Shown here one piece after another: positions 1-13,697 of a stretch of DNA of 64,000 bases (positions within the stretch are counted from its first letter, which is position 1; each line of letters starts with the position of its first letter). A model generated the notes under the pieces. That model was not told the origin of the DNA. It ran no database searches and was given only the letters and a program-made list of their open reading frames with translations. Source of the stretch: Podarcis liolepis (lineage: Eukaryota); NCBI GenBank assembly GCA_965112155.1, contig OZ218103.1, one strand, 5' to 3'. Made by a program: the position numbers and the translations under genes.

Positions 1-3000
1 TACAATGTTTTCAGCATTATATCAGTTAAGTGGTTTGTGAATAGCACTTTGTCGACTTCTCTGTTAAAAATGTATGTTTCAACATCACTTGATGATGATT
101 ATTATTACTCACCTTTCACCCCAAGGTGGGTCACAACAATCTAAAATAAAACATAAAAAACCAGTTTAAAACAAATTGGAATCACAAGAGTAGGTCTAGT
201 CCTAAAAATACATATCTCAAATGTCAAAGGGTAAAGAGCTGCATCTTCAGCTTACAATAAAAATTGTGTAATGAAAGTGCTACAGAAACATCTCTGGCTG
301 GTCCTGAGTTTCTGAAGGCACTGGAACTACTTAAGAGGACCCTGCTGTATTTTGGACCAGCCCTATAAATTTTTATTTGTATTTTTGCATTATTTTACAT
401 GCTGGTCTCCTTTCTCTGATGCAAATATGCTGCATGGACTGCGTTTGATGCTTTTTCTTTTGAACTAAATAAGCAGAGTGCTATGCTCAAATGCTGTGCT
501 TTGAAAGAAAAATATGCCTAAAACTCTTGCTTTGTGCGTTTTATACATGTGTGACCTTCAAGCATAGAAAGTTGATTTATTGCTCTGTCGGGCTTTTAAG
601 TGTCCTGCTTGCTAAAATAGGGGAAAGAGTAATAATTTTTAAGGAGAAAATATATTGTCATAAAACTGCAGAGGTCTGCCATGGTGTAAGCACTTTTAAG
701 CATCATCTCCAGCAAATAAATATCTGCCTGCAGAAAGGTGTGTGTGTGTTTCTGTTTCTTTGTGTTGGTTCAGAGAAATTGACCTTCACTTGTCTTGTAA
801 TTCAGTTATAGGGAAGTGGGGGGGAGAGATGCCTTGTCCTTTGTGTATTATTGGATTAAGACATCAGAGCCTTTTGATGTCCTTTAAAGATTTAGGAGAT
901 GAAATGTTTGTAACTGACGGCTGTGTGGAGGAAGACAGTTGAGACACCTTGACATTTCCTTCCTTTCAATCAAGTCTGCATAGAATTTAAGTTGTCAGAG
1001 GTGTGTAGAATTTAAGTTGTCAGAGGTGCCTGGCACATTAGCCCTTTATTTGACTGGTTTGGATGTATATCCCCTGCTTCATAAACCATGAGTTATGAAG
1101 CCAGGAGTGAGTGTTGTGGCTGCATTCTTTTCCCTTCCCATGCATGCCAGCTTTGTTGTGATGACCCTGATTTGTTTTTAAGCCGGAGTTCCCAGTTACA
1201 TCCAAAAATGGTTCAGTGGTGTAATGACTAACCAGGATAAACTTAATATGAATTGCATTAAAATGTGGGTAGCCCAGAATTAAGTGGCTTGGTTCAGACA
1301 CACAATCCCATTTATTTCAGTGGTAGGCAATATGGTACCTTCCCGATCAGGGTTTCCCAAACTTGGATCTCCAGCTGCTGTTGGGACTACAAATCCCATC
1401 ATCCCTAGCTTCCAGGACCAGTGGTTGGGTCAGGGATAATGGGAGTTGTAGTCTAAAAACAGCTAGAAACCCTGCTCCAGATCTTGTTGCAGTCCAACTC
1501 CCATCAGCCCTAGCCACTGTGGTCACCTGTCAGGAATGAGGTGAGCTGGAGCCCAGAAATGTTTGAAGAACATTTTATTAAATGTTGTTTGAACAATTCA
1601 GTGTACAAACAACACCATTTTACAATTCTCCCAACAAATTGGCCATTAACTCGATTAGAATATGCTAAAAATAGAGCTGAATAAAAATCAGCACGGGCCT
1701 GAGGGAAGTCGTAGACTAAAATGTCTGGAGAGCACCAGGCAGCCTATAGTTGTCAGGTAAAAACATTGTTGTTAAAATGCCCGTATGACTGTGGTGGGTA
1801 TTAAGGCCATGCTTGGACCAAATCCTTGGACCAAAGGCTTATTAAGCCAGGATTTGCATGAGTTGGCTATATTCATCGGCAGTGCTGTGAGCTGATGTTT
1901 TGAATGCAGGGAAAGTGTTTTAAGCTCTCTCTCTCTCTCTCAGTGTAGTTTTATCTGCCAATTACTGCTGATGTGTTTACTAACTATTTTTTAATTAAAT
2001 TTGTTTTAATAGTATTTGTTTTTAATGGCAGGGTGCAGAATCCCCCTTTCCTTGGTGCAGAATTTGATTGCCTGGATTGCAGGCTTAACATTTTTCATGC
2101 AGAAGTTATAAAGTCCTGGACAACTGTGTTCTGATCTGAAGCTATTTCAAAATGTTCTGCAATTTTTAATCATTCACTCTGGGTTGAATTTAACTCACAT
2201 TTTATGTGTAAATGTCTATTCATTGCTGCCAACTCTTATATGGGAATGCATTGAAGAACTCCTAAGGGATTTAAGCGCTATTGAAGTAGAATTCTTCAGA
2301 AGTAGTCAGGGATGCTGCTGTCGCTGATGGAGAACAGCAAGCCTTTCTCCCATTATATAGCTCCTACCTACGCTCTCAGTGTGGGTGTCCTATTTGCATA
2401 ATCATCTAGACAGTGTTCTCTAAACCACACGGATAAATATACAAATCTCTTTAATCCAGGTACCACAATTCCTGTGGTGTTACCCTCTTTCAGGAGTCTG
2501 TCACAAGCCTAATAATGCCCACCGTGTTTCTCTGCAAAAAGCAAAGAGGATGAAAGCATAAAACTATGATGAGGCATCAAAATATTTTTCATTTCCATTG
2601 TATTTAATTTTGCTCTCCCATTTTTCTAAGCAACATGTCTCCTTCTGAAAATGCAGCGGGTGCCAAGCAAATCCCAGCTCTGCTAACAGGTTGAATGCAA
2701 ACACTCCCCACTTCCATTTAACCTCATTTCCGTGGCTCATTGCTGCTGCTGGATCAGCCTGTGAAGAGTTAACTTCCTTGGCCCAGAGGTTGAGGGATAG
2801 TGCTGGTAGCTTAAGTGCGGATGTGGGAAATGGCTGTTCTTGCCAGAGGTGTGTAGTTGAGGGCATTTCCATTCAGGCTTACATTCAAGGTGAAAATGCA
2901 TGTTAGTAGCAGCAGCCTGTGTGAATTTATTATGCACACACAGGACTAGAAATGGAGGAAGAATTTGTTTATTCCCGTCTTTTTTTCAGCTGATTGACCC

Positions 3001-3712
3001 AATTTGATGGTCCTGAAAATGCTTGCAGATTGATACACAGTTCTCAATTGGATTGTGCTCTTTTCTAGGTTTTGCATTTTAGTTTTAGTGTGCAAAAAGT
3101 ATGTACAAAAATATAAATGCACATTGAAAAATATGTATTGGGGGATGCATATAATCTATACAATTTACATAAGAAATTCTCATGCGTTCTTTAAAAAAAA
3201 TCCCCATAGAACAGGAGGAACAAATTATAACTGAGTGCCAACGAAAATGATACAGGATGGTATTAGACTGTTTGGACATCCTTACTTAAAACATTGGTGG
3301 CCGATCCTTTTGGCAAATAGTGCAAAGTACAGTACATGGGCAGTTCTTCCCCAGCTCCCCAAATGATCTTGGTAGATTTTCTTCTAACTTACTAAGCTGT
3401 GGCACAGGCAGCACTGGAGGAGGCAGGGATGTAGATCTGGTTTTATCCCATAGCCCAAGCCTCTGGCCCTTCCTGCTCCTGTTCAGATGTGTCATAGGTT
3501 GGCCACCTGAGAACTCAACATACCTCAAAAAGCCCTTAGATAAGAGTGTAACTTCTTAGTGATGGAGCAGGGCCTACTTAACGTGTTAATGGCCTACATT
3601 TTCTACTGTTATCATGGGTAGCCAAATCTTTTCCAGCTTTTCAGGGGAGCCGGAAAACAAATAACCTGAGAAACTTCAGTTCAGAATGATGATTGGAGCC
3701 CATACTGTTAGT

Positions 3713-4090
3713 AAAAAGAGACACAAGGGTGGCGCTGTGGTCTAAACCACTGAGCCTCTTGGGCTTGCCGATCAGGAGGTCGGCGATTCAATCCCTGTGA
3801 TGGAGTGAGCTCCCGTTGCTCTGTCCCAGCTCCTGCCAACCTAGCAGTTTGAAAGCACACCAGTGCAAGTAGTTGAATAGGTAGCGGGAAGGTAAACGGC
3901 GTTTCCATGCATTCTGGCTTACGTCACGATGTTCCATTGCGCCAGAACCGGTTTAGTCATACTGGCCACATGATCCAGAAAGCTGTGGACAAACACTGGG
4001 TCCCTCAGCCTGAAAGCGAGGTGAGCGCCGCACCCCATAGTTGCCTTCAACTGAACTTAATTGTTCCAGGAGTCCTTTACTTTTACCTTT
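3713..4090 (+). mobile_element. Sauria SINE (subfamily A)
   Basis: tRNA-like head (ggtggcgctgtggtctaaaccac), core ctcctgccaacctagcagtt, (accttt)n tail. TSD atactgttagt at 3702-3712 and 4091-4101. Confidence 0.9.
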
Positions 4091-4466
4091 ATACTGTTAG
4101 TTCATGCTGAATGAATGAAGCAGTGGGCTTAAGAGTAGGACTGGAAGGAATAGCAGCCAAGCTCATTGATTCCTTTAACAGTGCTTAAAACTAGATCCAC
4201 AGTTGTGTTGAAAATGATCCAGTCTATTCATTGGTGAAGAAATTTGGGATGATGGAAAGGATTCTTCAAATTTTCTCTAGGGAGCCTGAAACTCTCCCAA
4301 CAATTGGAGCAAGTGCATTGTGGGGGGGGGGCACTCTATTTTTTGCCAGATAAACTATTGTCAGCTTGAGGTAAGCTTTTTAAAATATTTATGGACCACT
4401 TTGTCTGATGGATGTGCAATGGGTCACTTTCATAGGAATCATAAGCTCAATTCTGTTAAAATAGGT

Positions 4467-4758
4467 TGTTTGTTGTTGTTTAGTCGTTTAGTCGTGTCCG
4501 ACTCTTCGTGACCCCATGGACCAGAGCACGCCAGGCACTCCTGTCTTTCACTGCCTCCCGCAGTTTGGTCAAACTCATGCTGGTAGCTTCGAGAACACTG
4601 TCCAGCCATCTCGTCCTCTGTCGTCCCCTTCTCCATCTGCCCTCAATCTTTCCCAACATCAGGGTCTTTCCCAGGGAGTCTTCTCTTCTCATGAGGTGGC
4701 CAAAGTATTGGAGCCTCAGCTTCAGGATCTTCCTCAGCTTTAGGAACCCTCCAGTGAG
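4467..4758 (-). mobile_element. Bov-B (RTE) LINE 3' fragment
   Basis: Encodes LKLRLQYFGHLMRREDSL.KTLMLGKIEG.RRRGRQRTRWLD and has a (caa)n tail. TSD gttaaaataggt at 4455-4466 and 4759-4770. Confidence 0.92.
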
Positions 4759-5774
4759 GTTAAAATAGGTGGGGAGGGTTAAATAACAGGCACGAGGCAA
4801 TTCTGCCTCCCCATCCTTGCATAAATTAGACTTGCATATAGTTGTTTGTTTTGCATTCTGAATTGCTTGGCACGTGGCAGTGTAGCTTGCTAGACATAAC
4901 CTGGGATTCCATTAGGAATCACATAGATTCAAATGAATTACTGCAGCTGCAAGGGCTAGAAACATGCAATATGGGGGTTCTCAGGCTGTTGAATTGTTTC
5001 AATTCACATGCTGAATTATGTCACATTTATACCGAATTGCCAGATATGCTCAGCATGGTTGATTATGTTTATAGCTTTTAAGTCAGTTTTCTAATTGAGG
5101 AATCTTTATTGGCTTCCAAAGCACACCTTTAAAATGGCCAGCATAAAATGATAAAGGTTGATTGCTCCTCCGCATGAAACATTTAAAGTGCTTATAAGTA
5201 CCTAATGAATACTGTCAACCATGGTTGCCAGAAAACCTGTATCACTTTAGTTAGTTGCTCCAAACATACACTAGTGCTTATTTACAACGCTTCTCAGGAA
5301 GTATTGAGAAAAACTCTAAAATTAAAACAAAGTAAAGAGACCAAAACAAGCATTTGTATTGTTAAAAGCTACTTCATGGTAACTACATAATAGCTGGCAT
5401 TATAGTTATTTTATATACTGTTTATAAAATGTTGGTTTTGCTTACTAGAGTTGCCCTATTTGAAACAGTGAAAATCCGGGACATTTTGCCAATTTCTGCC
5501 CTGACACTGCTACCGGCAGTATACCAGATATGTCTGGGAAATGCCAGGCATGTGCCAACCCTATTTGAACCTATCTGAGACTTGCAACTAAAGCTAGGGT
5601 TCAGGAGTGTGTTGTGGGACTATGCAGGTCCTTTCCTTATGTGTGAATTCTTTCTATCCCGTTCTACCCACTTCTGTTGGCTGATTGTTTTTACATAAAC
5701 CATCAGCAATCTGGATTAAAAACTGGGTTCTAAAAGAGGGTTTAGGCACATTGCTGATTTCAGTTTAATGTTGG

Positions 5775-6178
5775 GGCCCCATCTGGTTGGCATCTGTCTG
5801 TCTCGGAAGACAATGGAGGAGTGCGCCCTTGGGGGTGAGGCCAGACTATTGGCAGGTTGCAGCAACTACTGTGGCTGTAGAGACCAATGCGGGAGAGACA
5901 TGCTTTGTTATTGCTGGGGCAGATGAAGACATCCAGCTGCTCTGCTACAGATGCACCGGGACGTTTCTTCTCCCCGTGCTCCTTCCTAATGGTCATTTCT
6001 CTTCTGGTCACTGCTGTTGGTACACGATTTGACTGTCTGTCTCCAGGCACTGTGATTATCTGCAAGAGATTCCCACCGGGTGGGGTTGATGTTGCCAGCT
6101 TTCATGTCCCATTTGCAGACATCTTCATAACACAGAGCTGGTCTGCCAATTGGCCTGGTGCCAGAAGCCAGCTCCCCT
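5775..6178 (-). mobile_element. Non-BovB RTE-clade LINE 3' fragment
   Basis: Minus-strand translation gives GELASGTRPIGRPALCYEDVCK.DMK...W...A....AWR and a degenerate C-terminal zinc finger (FICPSNNKACLSRIGLYSH). Confidence 0.7.
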
Positions 6179-7827
6179 TTTAAGGCAGCATCACATCACT
6201 TCAAACAGTCATGGCTTCCCCTAAAGAACCCTGGGGACTGTGGCTTGTTACGGGTGCTGAGGTGTTAGGAGACCCCTATAGACCCCTATTCCCCTCACAG
6301 AGCTACAATTCCCAGAATTGCCTGGGAAGAGGGATTGATTGCTCAACCTCTCTGAGTATTGTAACTGTGACGGGACTAGGGGTCTCCGAACAACTCTCAG
6401 CTTTTCTGAGCACAGCCTTAATATCTGTGCTAAATGACCTTCTCTGTTGGAGAGAGGGAGAGAAATTGATCAGTAAGAGAAAATCACATTTGCAATAGCA
6501 AATTGCATACTTGTGCTGTGTGTATCTGTCCCCCTCCCCTGACACCCAGTAAGAAATATGCTATGTGCAAGGAGGGCTCTCCCTTGTTGCCCACCAGGAA
6601 AAGGCCTTTGTAGGGAGTACTCAGAGTCCTCCCCTCTGCCCCAGTATATACGTCACATACTTGAGATCCCTCCCTTTATTTTAGTAGCAGGAAGACATCA
6701 GAACAGTTGAGTTGCCTCTAGGGTACCATGTGTACATTCCTGGTTTGGTAGACTTTTTGTTTTCTATGAGAACTGCCACCCACTCTCAACCATATTAGGT
6801 AATGCATATTATGAGTTCAGCTGAACAGATCCCAAACCTGTTCCCATCCTGTTTTGCTAATGTGTAAAAGCCCCCTGGGTCTTCTTAAGTGTGTCTCTTA
6901 TTCCTTGTTAAGGGAGCTGTGGTTTAGAGCAAAATGGTTCCCCTCCACCACTTTCGAACATCCTGAACCAAAATCCAACATGCAAGCTGTTAAGAATTGT
7001 GTTGCATGCTGTAGCCCACAGTGAACCTAAATAATTAAGTTGCATTAAAAGCAGAAGCTTGTTCTAAGGTTTTTATTTTTCGCTTCCTCTGAAAGATTAA
7101 TAAAATCCTGTGTTGTAAATTTACAGGAATTTCCTCACAGCCATTGGCATAGCTTTATGCTTCTCTCCCCACAACCCAAGAAAAATTATACACAAAAGTA
7201 TATATCAAACTTCTGAGACCTGGTGTTTGCTGTTTCAGTATCTTTTAATAGCTTTGCTTATCTTGAAAAAGTGTTGACTTCTTTGTCTGCCTCTGAAAGT
7301 TAGAAAGTGAGAACATTTTTATGTTGCCCCTCCGGGGGGGGGGGGGCTCAAGGCAGTGTAAACAATAAGATTATATAAATGATAAATATATAAAATAACA
7401 ATTAAACAATAAAGTTCAACAAAACACAATTCAGCCTGTTTACATGACATATATCACTTGTTGTGCAAATGATCCCAGGTGAGCATTCCATAGATGGGAG
7501 TCAGAATTGAGAACGGGATGAAGAACCTGTGACACTTACCTGGTCATGCAGGAAAGATGGCGGAGGACCATCATTGTAGCAGGCAAAGCTGCTTCTCAGT
7601 CATCTTTCATTCTGTTACCGAACTTAGCTTAACACCAGATGAACTTTTGTTCCATGGAAAGTTATTTGAAAGCCATTGTTCTAGGATGGTTGCTAAGTCC
7701 TACAGAATAAGTAGGTGGTATAAGCCTATAGAAACAACTTGGATGCTAAGAAAATCAATGCCATCTTAAATATATATATATTCTTATAAGTGATGGTGAC
7801 TGTGGGAAGAGGGACTGGGATGAGAAC

Positions 7828-7957
7828 GGGATAGCTCAGCTGGTAGAATAGGAGACTTAATCTCAGGGTAATGGGTTCAAGTGAAAGATTCCTGCATTGT
7901 AGGAGGTTAGGATAGATAATCCTTGTCGCCCCTTCCAGCTCTACAGTGCTATGATTC
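7828..7957 (+). mobile_element. tRNA-Lys-derived SINE with CR1 3' tail
   Basis: Head ggatagctcagctggtag...cttaatctcaggg...gggttcaag resembles tRNA-Lys(CTT). Tail ttcctgcattg...ccttccagctctac...ctatgattc matches CR1 3' ends in this window. Confidence 0.7.
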
Positions 7958-8252
7958 CAAAATCCAATTGCTATGAAACGTCATGGGCTAGAACAAGACT
8001 GGGGTTGCTATGAAAGGGGACAAGAGGAAGGAGGTGAACTGTAGTGAGGAGCCTGGGAGAGGCATGCCTGTACTCGGCCAGCATAGCTAGTGGAAAGTGG
8101 AAGTTCATGCATCTTTTATTTGAAAGAGAACTTAAATGTATTGATTACAGAGCTCTCTCTTAGCTAAGGTTATTGAAGCAGAGGTGTTCGTAATCTTGTA
8201 ACCAGAATACCTTCCACCCCATGGGGATGCCCAAGCACTTAGCATACTATTT

Positions 8253-8330
8253 ATACTGCCAGAAACTGAAATACAACCACTTCCAGGGTCAATACTGCCA
8301 GAAACTGAAATATAACCACTTCCAGGGTCA
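8253..8330. repeat. 39-bp tandem duplication (one mismatch)
   Basis: atactgccagaaactgaaata(c/t)aaccacttccagggtca x2. Confidence 0.9.
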
Positions 8331-11300
8331 AATCTGGCGTCTTATTGCTACTTGCTCTGTATTGATTGTTGTGGAGAGGAGGCTTGGACATAATCGGGTG
8401 TTGATTTTTATATAATGCTGCATACTTTCAAAACTGCTTGCTGAAGGTGTGGACCCTGAAGGCCAGTCCCTGTTGTGGAGTCCCAGGTCACTGCCTTATC
8501 CAACCAAGTAGTGTGCATTCTGATGTGGGCAAGCTTCCTTCTCACTGTAACTTAACTGTGTGCACCTTGCCTGATGCATCAGTCACCATGCACAGTGTTA
8601 GATCTGTGGTGGCTTGCCTACTTCCCATCATGGCTTGCCTACTTCCCATCACCTCTTGTTCAGAGGGAGCAGCAAAAGTGAGAGTACATGTCTTCTGCAT
8701 TTACCCTTCAACTGCAAAGCATCAGAGAAGACTAGTGCCTGGAGAACTCTGCTGTACGTTCTTCGGTAGAAGCAATGGGACAGACACACAGATCTGGAGA
8801 AAGAAGTGTTATCCTTGTCCAAAATTGCTTTGCTGTGAGCTTGCTTTGAGTTGGAAATGTTAAGCTGGGGGCATTCTTAAGGCTTCAAAGGGAAAATGAG
8901 AACAAGACATCTCTCTGATTCTGCTTGACAAAATTGGTGATACTTTAAACACTCCATTTTTCTTTAATGTTTTTGTGATTCTCATACTTGGACTTTTATT
9001 TTATGCCTGATTCCTTCCTTCTATATTTCCTTTGGCTGCCACTTATACTTCATTTTGTCTTAACAGCGCCACCTGCTCCAACCTCATAGCCCATCCCCTA
9101 GGGAACCTCACAAAGTACCGTTGTAAACAATGCTGCTTTAGATGCTTATGCCTGGATTCTCAACAGAGCCATTTTGATTTAAGCTTCTTTTATTTCTGGG
9201 TGACACAGCTTCAATAAATGAGTTGTCTGAGCGTTCTCAAAGTGGTGCTGGTTTTCCTCAGTATACCACTCTAAAAAAGGCAGACAAAAAAGAACTGGTT
9301 AGTTCCGCAACTCCTAGTTGTGGCACATAATGTGTAAACTGTATTATCAGATACGTCAAGAGGCTATGCTGCTAGCATTTGATGAAAGAAGAGAGTTAGG
9401 TAATTCGAAAGATTCCTTCCTGATCCATATCTCTGCTGCTTCCGTGACGCAAGCAAATAATCAGTTTTCCCACTGATACACAAATCAAAGCTGACTTGAG
9501 GTTCCCTACAGAATTTAGATGGGTACATAAGCATTAAAAAGCTCTTGCCAATGATTGCAGCAAATTAAGCATAAAAAAGACACAGTGTTTTATAATAAGT
9601 ACAACATATTTCCTGTTAACAGTTGCATTTCCCTACCATTGCCAACTTTGATGTCAGGTAAAGTGGATTGGCTACTGCTTTTTTCTCCCACCTGCACAGA
9701 TTTTGTAATCTGTCTATATCATTCTGTTAGGTGGAATGTAAATCGAGTGGTTAATATGCATAACAGCACATTGTGCACCTTCACCAGACCTCATGGAGAA
9801 TGTGCTCATAATCCAACTGTTAAGAGGGAATTGTGTGTGTTTCCCAGCCAATATGCATAATCCCCAGTAGGCTTTTGGGAATGTGCATATTATGACTGCA
9901 CTTTGTGCAGATTCTGTCCCACTGCTTAATCTTACGTGGCCCACTGATCAGCTGAGTGAGGCTCCATCAAAATAACTTTTGTCCGCAGTCCAACCTCCAT
10001 TTCTCCACTCTAAGCTGTTCCCCTGTCAACTGAGCAGTTAAAGGGAAGCCGGGAGAGTTATGTATGCTGCCTTGAACTCCCTGCAGGAAAGGTGGGATAT
10101 GTGTATTCATTTTTTGCAGCAAGCCTTTAAAAAAATGTATTCCACAAGTAAGAGCCCTGTGGAATTGGCAACCTTGCAAGTCACTTTTGTGATTTTCTGC
10201 TCTCATATATTTGACTATAGAAAGTAAAACGTTTGTGTTTATGCGCTTTTACTCTGTCGCACGTACATCTGTTTTGTTGCCCTTGAATCATGTAACCTAC
10301 TTGGTGTTCGGTGAGTGAGCATCAGCCACAAGATACATGTAACATATGAATAATGTCGTGAATCCGAAAATCTCATTTCTTACTCAGCAGACATCATGCA
10401 CAAAGGTTTTGAATTAGATGAGAAGTCTTCTATTAAATTTTGAAGAGAATCAAAGTACCCTCTTTCTGTTTGAGATAAAGCACTTCAGTATTAATCATTC
10501 TGGACTGGATGGTGGACAATTAGTCATCCCAGATTCCAAATGATGTGAAGTGTACCATTCACTTAATAGAAGTCTGGGACTGTATGATTAAAAATAGTTC
10601 TGCATTTTCTGACATTTGACACTGCTTTGCACTGTTCCTTGCTACTGCTCCACCTTTGCCCAGAGTTGGCAACTGACTTGCAGTGGCTCCGAAGACTTTC
10701 AGTCTGAGATGAGTCTTTTTCTGCTTTCCCACATCATGTAGTCCTGCAAGGCCCGTCCAGTGCTTGCTGCACTATGTGCTGCCTGCTTCATGGAAAAGAA
10801 GAATTCACTGCTATAATTTGCTCCATTTTAAAAAGGCATGTGTACTGTGAAGTGATGGAAGTATTGCTGGTGGAAAGTAGGGAATGAATGAGTCCCTTCA
10901 TCTTGAAAAAGGGATACAGCAGCATCTCCACACGACAACAAGCAGCAAAATGCCCACCCAGCAAAAAGTAAAACAAATGCACTGTGCTGAATAATGGGGA
11001 TCGTTGTGGAGTTTCATCTCTGTAGCAATCCTTGTGCAATCACTTCCCACGTGGCAATATAATTAAAAGTAATGGTGGAAGACAAAACTGCCACAAACAT
11101 CATCTTCAGAAGAGCACAGAGCAAGTGCTTCACTTTTAAATGGCACCACCAGGCAAAGTGGTTTGTTTACACAGTCAAGAGTCATAGAGGGTTGTCTAGT
11201 CTAACCTCCTTTTGACTAAAAAGCATCCATGACAAGTGGCCATCCAACATCTGCTTAGAAAGTGAAGGGGAGCCAACCTTCCGGGGGAGTCTGTTCTACT

Positions 11301-12974
11301 TTGGATGCTACTGTCCCAGACCTGTTATCCTGAGACAACAGCCGCATTGCACACCCAGCTGAAATAACTTAACCTGCTAGGTTAATCTCTCTCTGCCCAT
11401 AAGGCACTTGACAGGACTCTGTTTTTGCAGTACCAGACAGACACACAAAAATAAGAAGCTTTTTTAGCTTCTGATAGACCAATGTACATGGGGGTTGGGG
11501 TGTGCAGTCTTTATTTACATAAACCAGGAATTCCAGAGTTTTTCATTCTGGACCTATTGGGTCACTCCATGGACTTATCTATGAAGTTGTAAACAAATGA
11601 CTTTGCCAATGTTTAGTCTAGGATTTAGAACTTTATTTTAAATGGTATGTTTGGAAATGTCAGAGCCATTCAGCATGGTTCTGGAGAGGCCTGCAAATGT
11701 TCTCTTTCCAGCTATACTTGTCTTGGCCACAGGTCATTGCTCTGCTACTTTACCAAAGCCCCACAAATGCATAGGCATTGGATTACTTTGTGCATGTGTT
11801 AACCTTTTCTGAGCAGTTAAGGGCCCTGAAATGGGAAATGATTTCCTATATTTGGCTTATATTATAGCAAGTCTCTTCCTGGAAATTGAAATCTGCCCAT
11901 TCCATCTTGCGGCAACAACCATGTAGCTGCTATAAAATGGTCTCCAGAGGTCAAAAGAGGGGCGCAGTGCTATAAAGTTGTTGAGCAATGTGCCCTTGAG
12001 AGTATGAACTGTGACTAATGTGTCTGCTTTGCTGTGTTATGTATTCCCCTTCGCTGTTCCAGTTTCATTTAGATTCAGTAAAGCTCAGTGTTCTACTGGC
12101 ACGTTATTGTGACAGATGAAAGACTATTTTAAATCAAGAAAGAAAATTGACATAGACTACCTGGGTCAAAATCTCAAGGTTTCAAGGATGTTTCTTATGT
12201 GTTTGGTTCAAATAAAAATAAAAATACATGCTGTAGAACTCCCCTTCTGGGCCAAGGGGATTCAAGATGGCACTTCACCTTGTTCTCTAAGGCTGTGTTC
12301 TTCAGCCTTTGGTCCGAAGATGATGATGGTACTACAACCCAAATCATCCCTGACCATTAGCGAAGCTGGCTGGGGACGATAGGAGTTGTAGTCTAGCAGC
12401 ATCTGTGGACCCACACTCAAGCACTGCTCTGCAGGCATGCTTGCACAATTGTCCTCCTGCCCCATTCTTTTCAAACTTATGGAAGAGTGTAGTGATGTCC
12501 ATAAGCATGCAAAGTTTGTATTGCCCTACCCTGTAATTCTATAGCATTCTGTACATAGGCTGCAGAATAAGCAGAAATGGATTGTTTTGAGACTGATGTG
12601 TGTAAGTGGAGGCTTGTTAATGGCCCACATTACTGCTTAAAATGCATTAGAATCCAATTTCTCAGACTCCCTGCTTGACTTGACCAACTGGGCTCTTAAA
12701 CCTTTTATTTAATGACACTTGCCCCCCGCCTTCCAGGCTTCACCTCAGTTGTTGTATTCATTTGAGCACATATGGTAATAGCAAAGAAATTATAAAAATT
12801 AAAGTAACAATATGGTGTTGGGTTGATCAAACATTGATAATAGCAAGAGTGTTGAGGAGAGCTAGCTCAAGAGGAAATGGAACCAGTTCAATTTTGAACG
12901 CAGTACTAAGAAGTATCTGCAAACAGAATGCACATAACGCCTGAAAGATAATCTCCTAATGTACTAATTTAGTG

Positions 12975-13210
12975 ACGTTTAGTGTTGTGGCTCCTACCTT
13001 TTGGAATTCCCTCCCCTTGAATATTAGACAAGCACCATTTCTGTTATCTTTTTGGCACCTAACTTGAGCACCTTCCTCCTTCAACAAGCCTTTTAACTTG
13101 AGGTCTTTCCTAGTCTGCATCTGTACTGGAATGGTTCTTAAAATGTTTTAATCACTGCTTCCTTGTCGCCCTGGGCTCCTTTGGGAGGGAGGGCAAGATG
13201 CAAATAAATA
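12975..13210 (+). mobile_element. L2-type LINE 3' end (similar relics at ~36745-37010, 44380-44710, 50110-50530 on +; ~100-290, 51150-51500 on -)
   Basis: FSVVAPTFWNSLPLNIR motif, then UTR with cgccctgggctcc...aaataaata. Confidence 0.6.
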
Positions 13211-13512
13211 GCACAAATAACACAGAGAGAGCGCACACACAGAAATGCAAAGGATTTTCATGGATTCATTTATTTCGCGCTTTGAAATAGTGGGGTTATA
13301 AGCCAGTTGCAGAATGCAGTGGAGATGAATTGTGGGATGGGGCTGCCTTTTGTATCAGGATAACCACCCTTATCAGGTAAACTGTGCTATTTCCAAGATT
13401 GTGAAGTGCTACCCTTCACACAGGTGAGAGGGGTATCTCTGTAGCACGTAAAAGCCCTATTCCCCTCTAGCATGCATTTTCCTGGGCTGTTAAGGGACTT
13501 GTTGGTCTATAT

Positions 13513-13697
13513 CAGACATGTGTCCAAAGTCCATTTTGGGGGCCTAATCCGGCCCACCGGTCAATTTAATCCGGCCCCTGTGGCAGTATACGTCCTGGGG
13601 TAAAATCCGAAAAAAGCCCAACAACATTGGTCGGCCCTCACACATGTTCACTTCATTAAATCTGGCCCTCTTTGAAAAAAAAGTTTGGGCACCCCTG
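13513..13697. mobile_element. hAT (Charlie-like) non-autonomous element
   Basis: 8-bp TSD gtctatat at 13505-13512 and 13698-13705. CAG...CTG termini and internal atccggccc repeats. Confidence 0.8.

Noticed and set aside
7828-7885. Possible tRNA-Lys gene
   Set aside because: Anticodon arm and 3' acceptor stem are damaged, and it runs into a CR1 tail, so it is a SINE.
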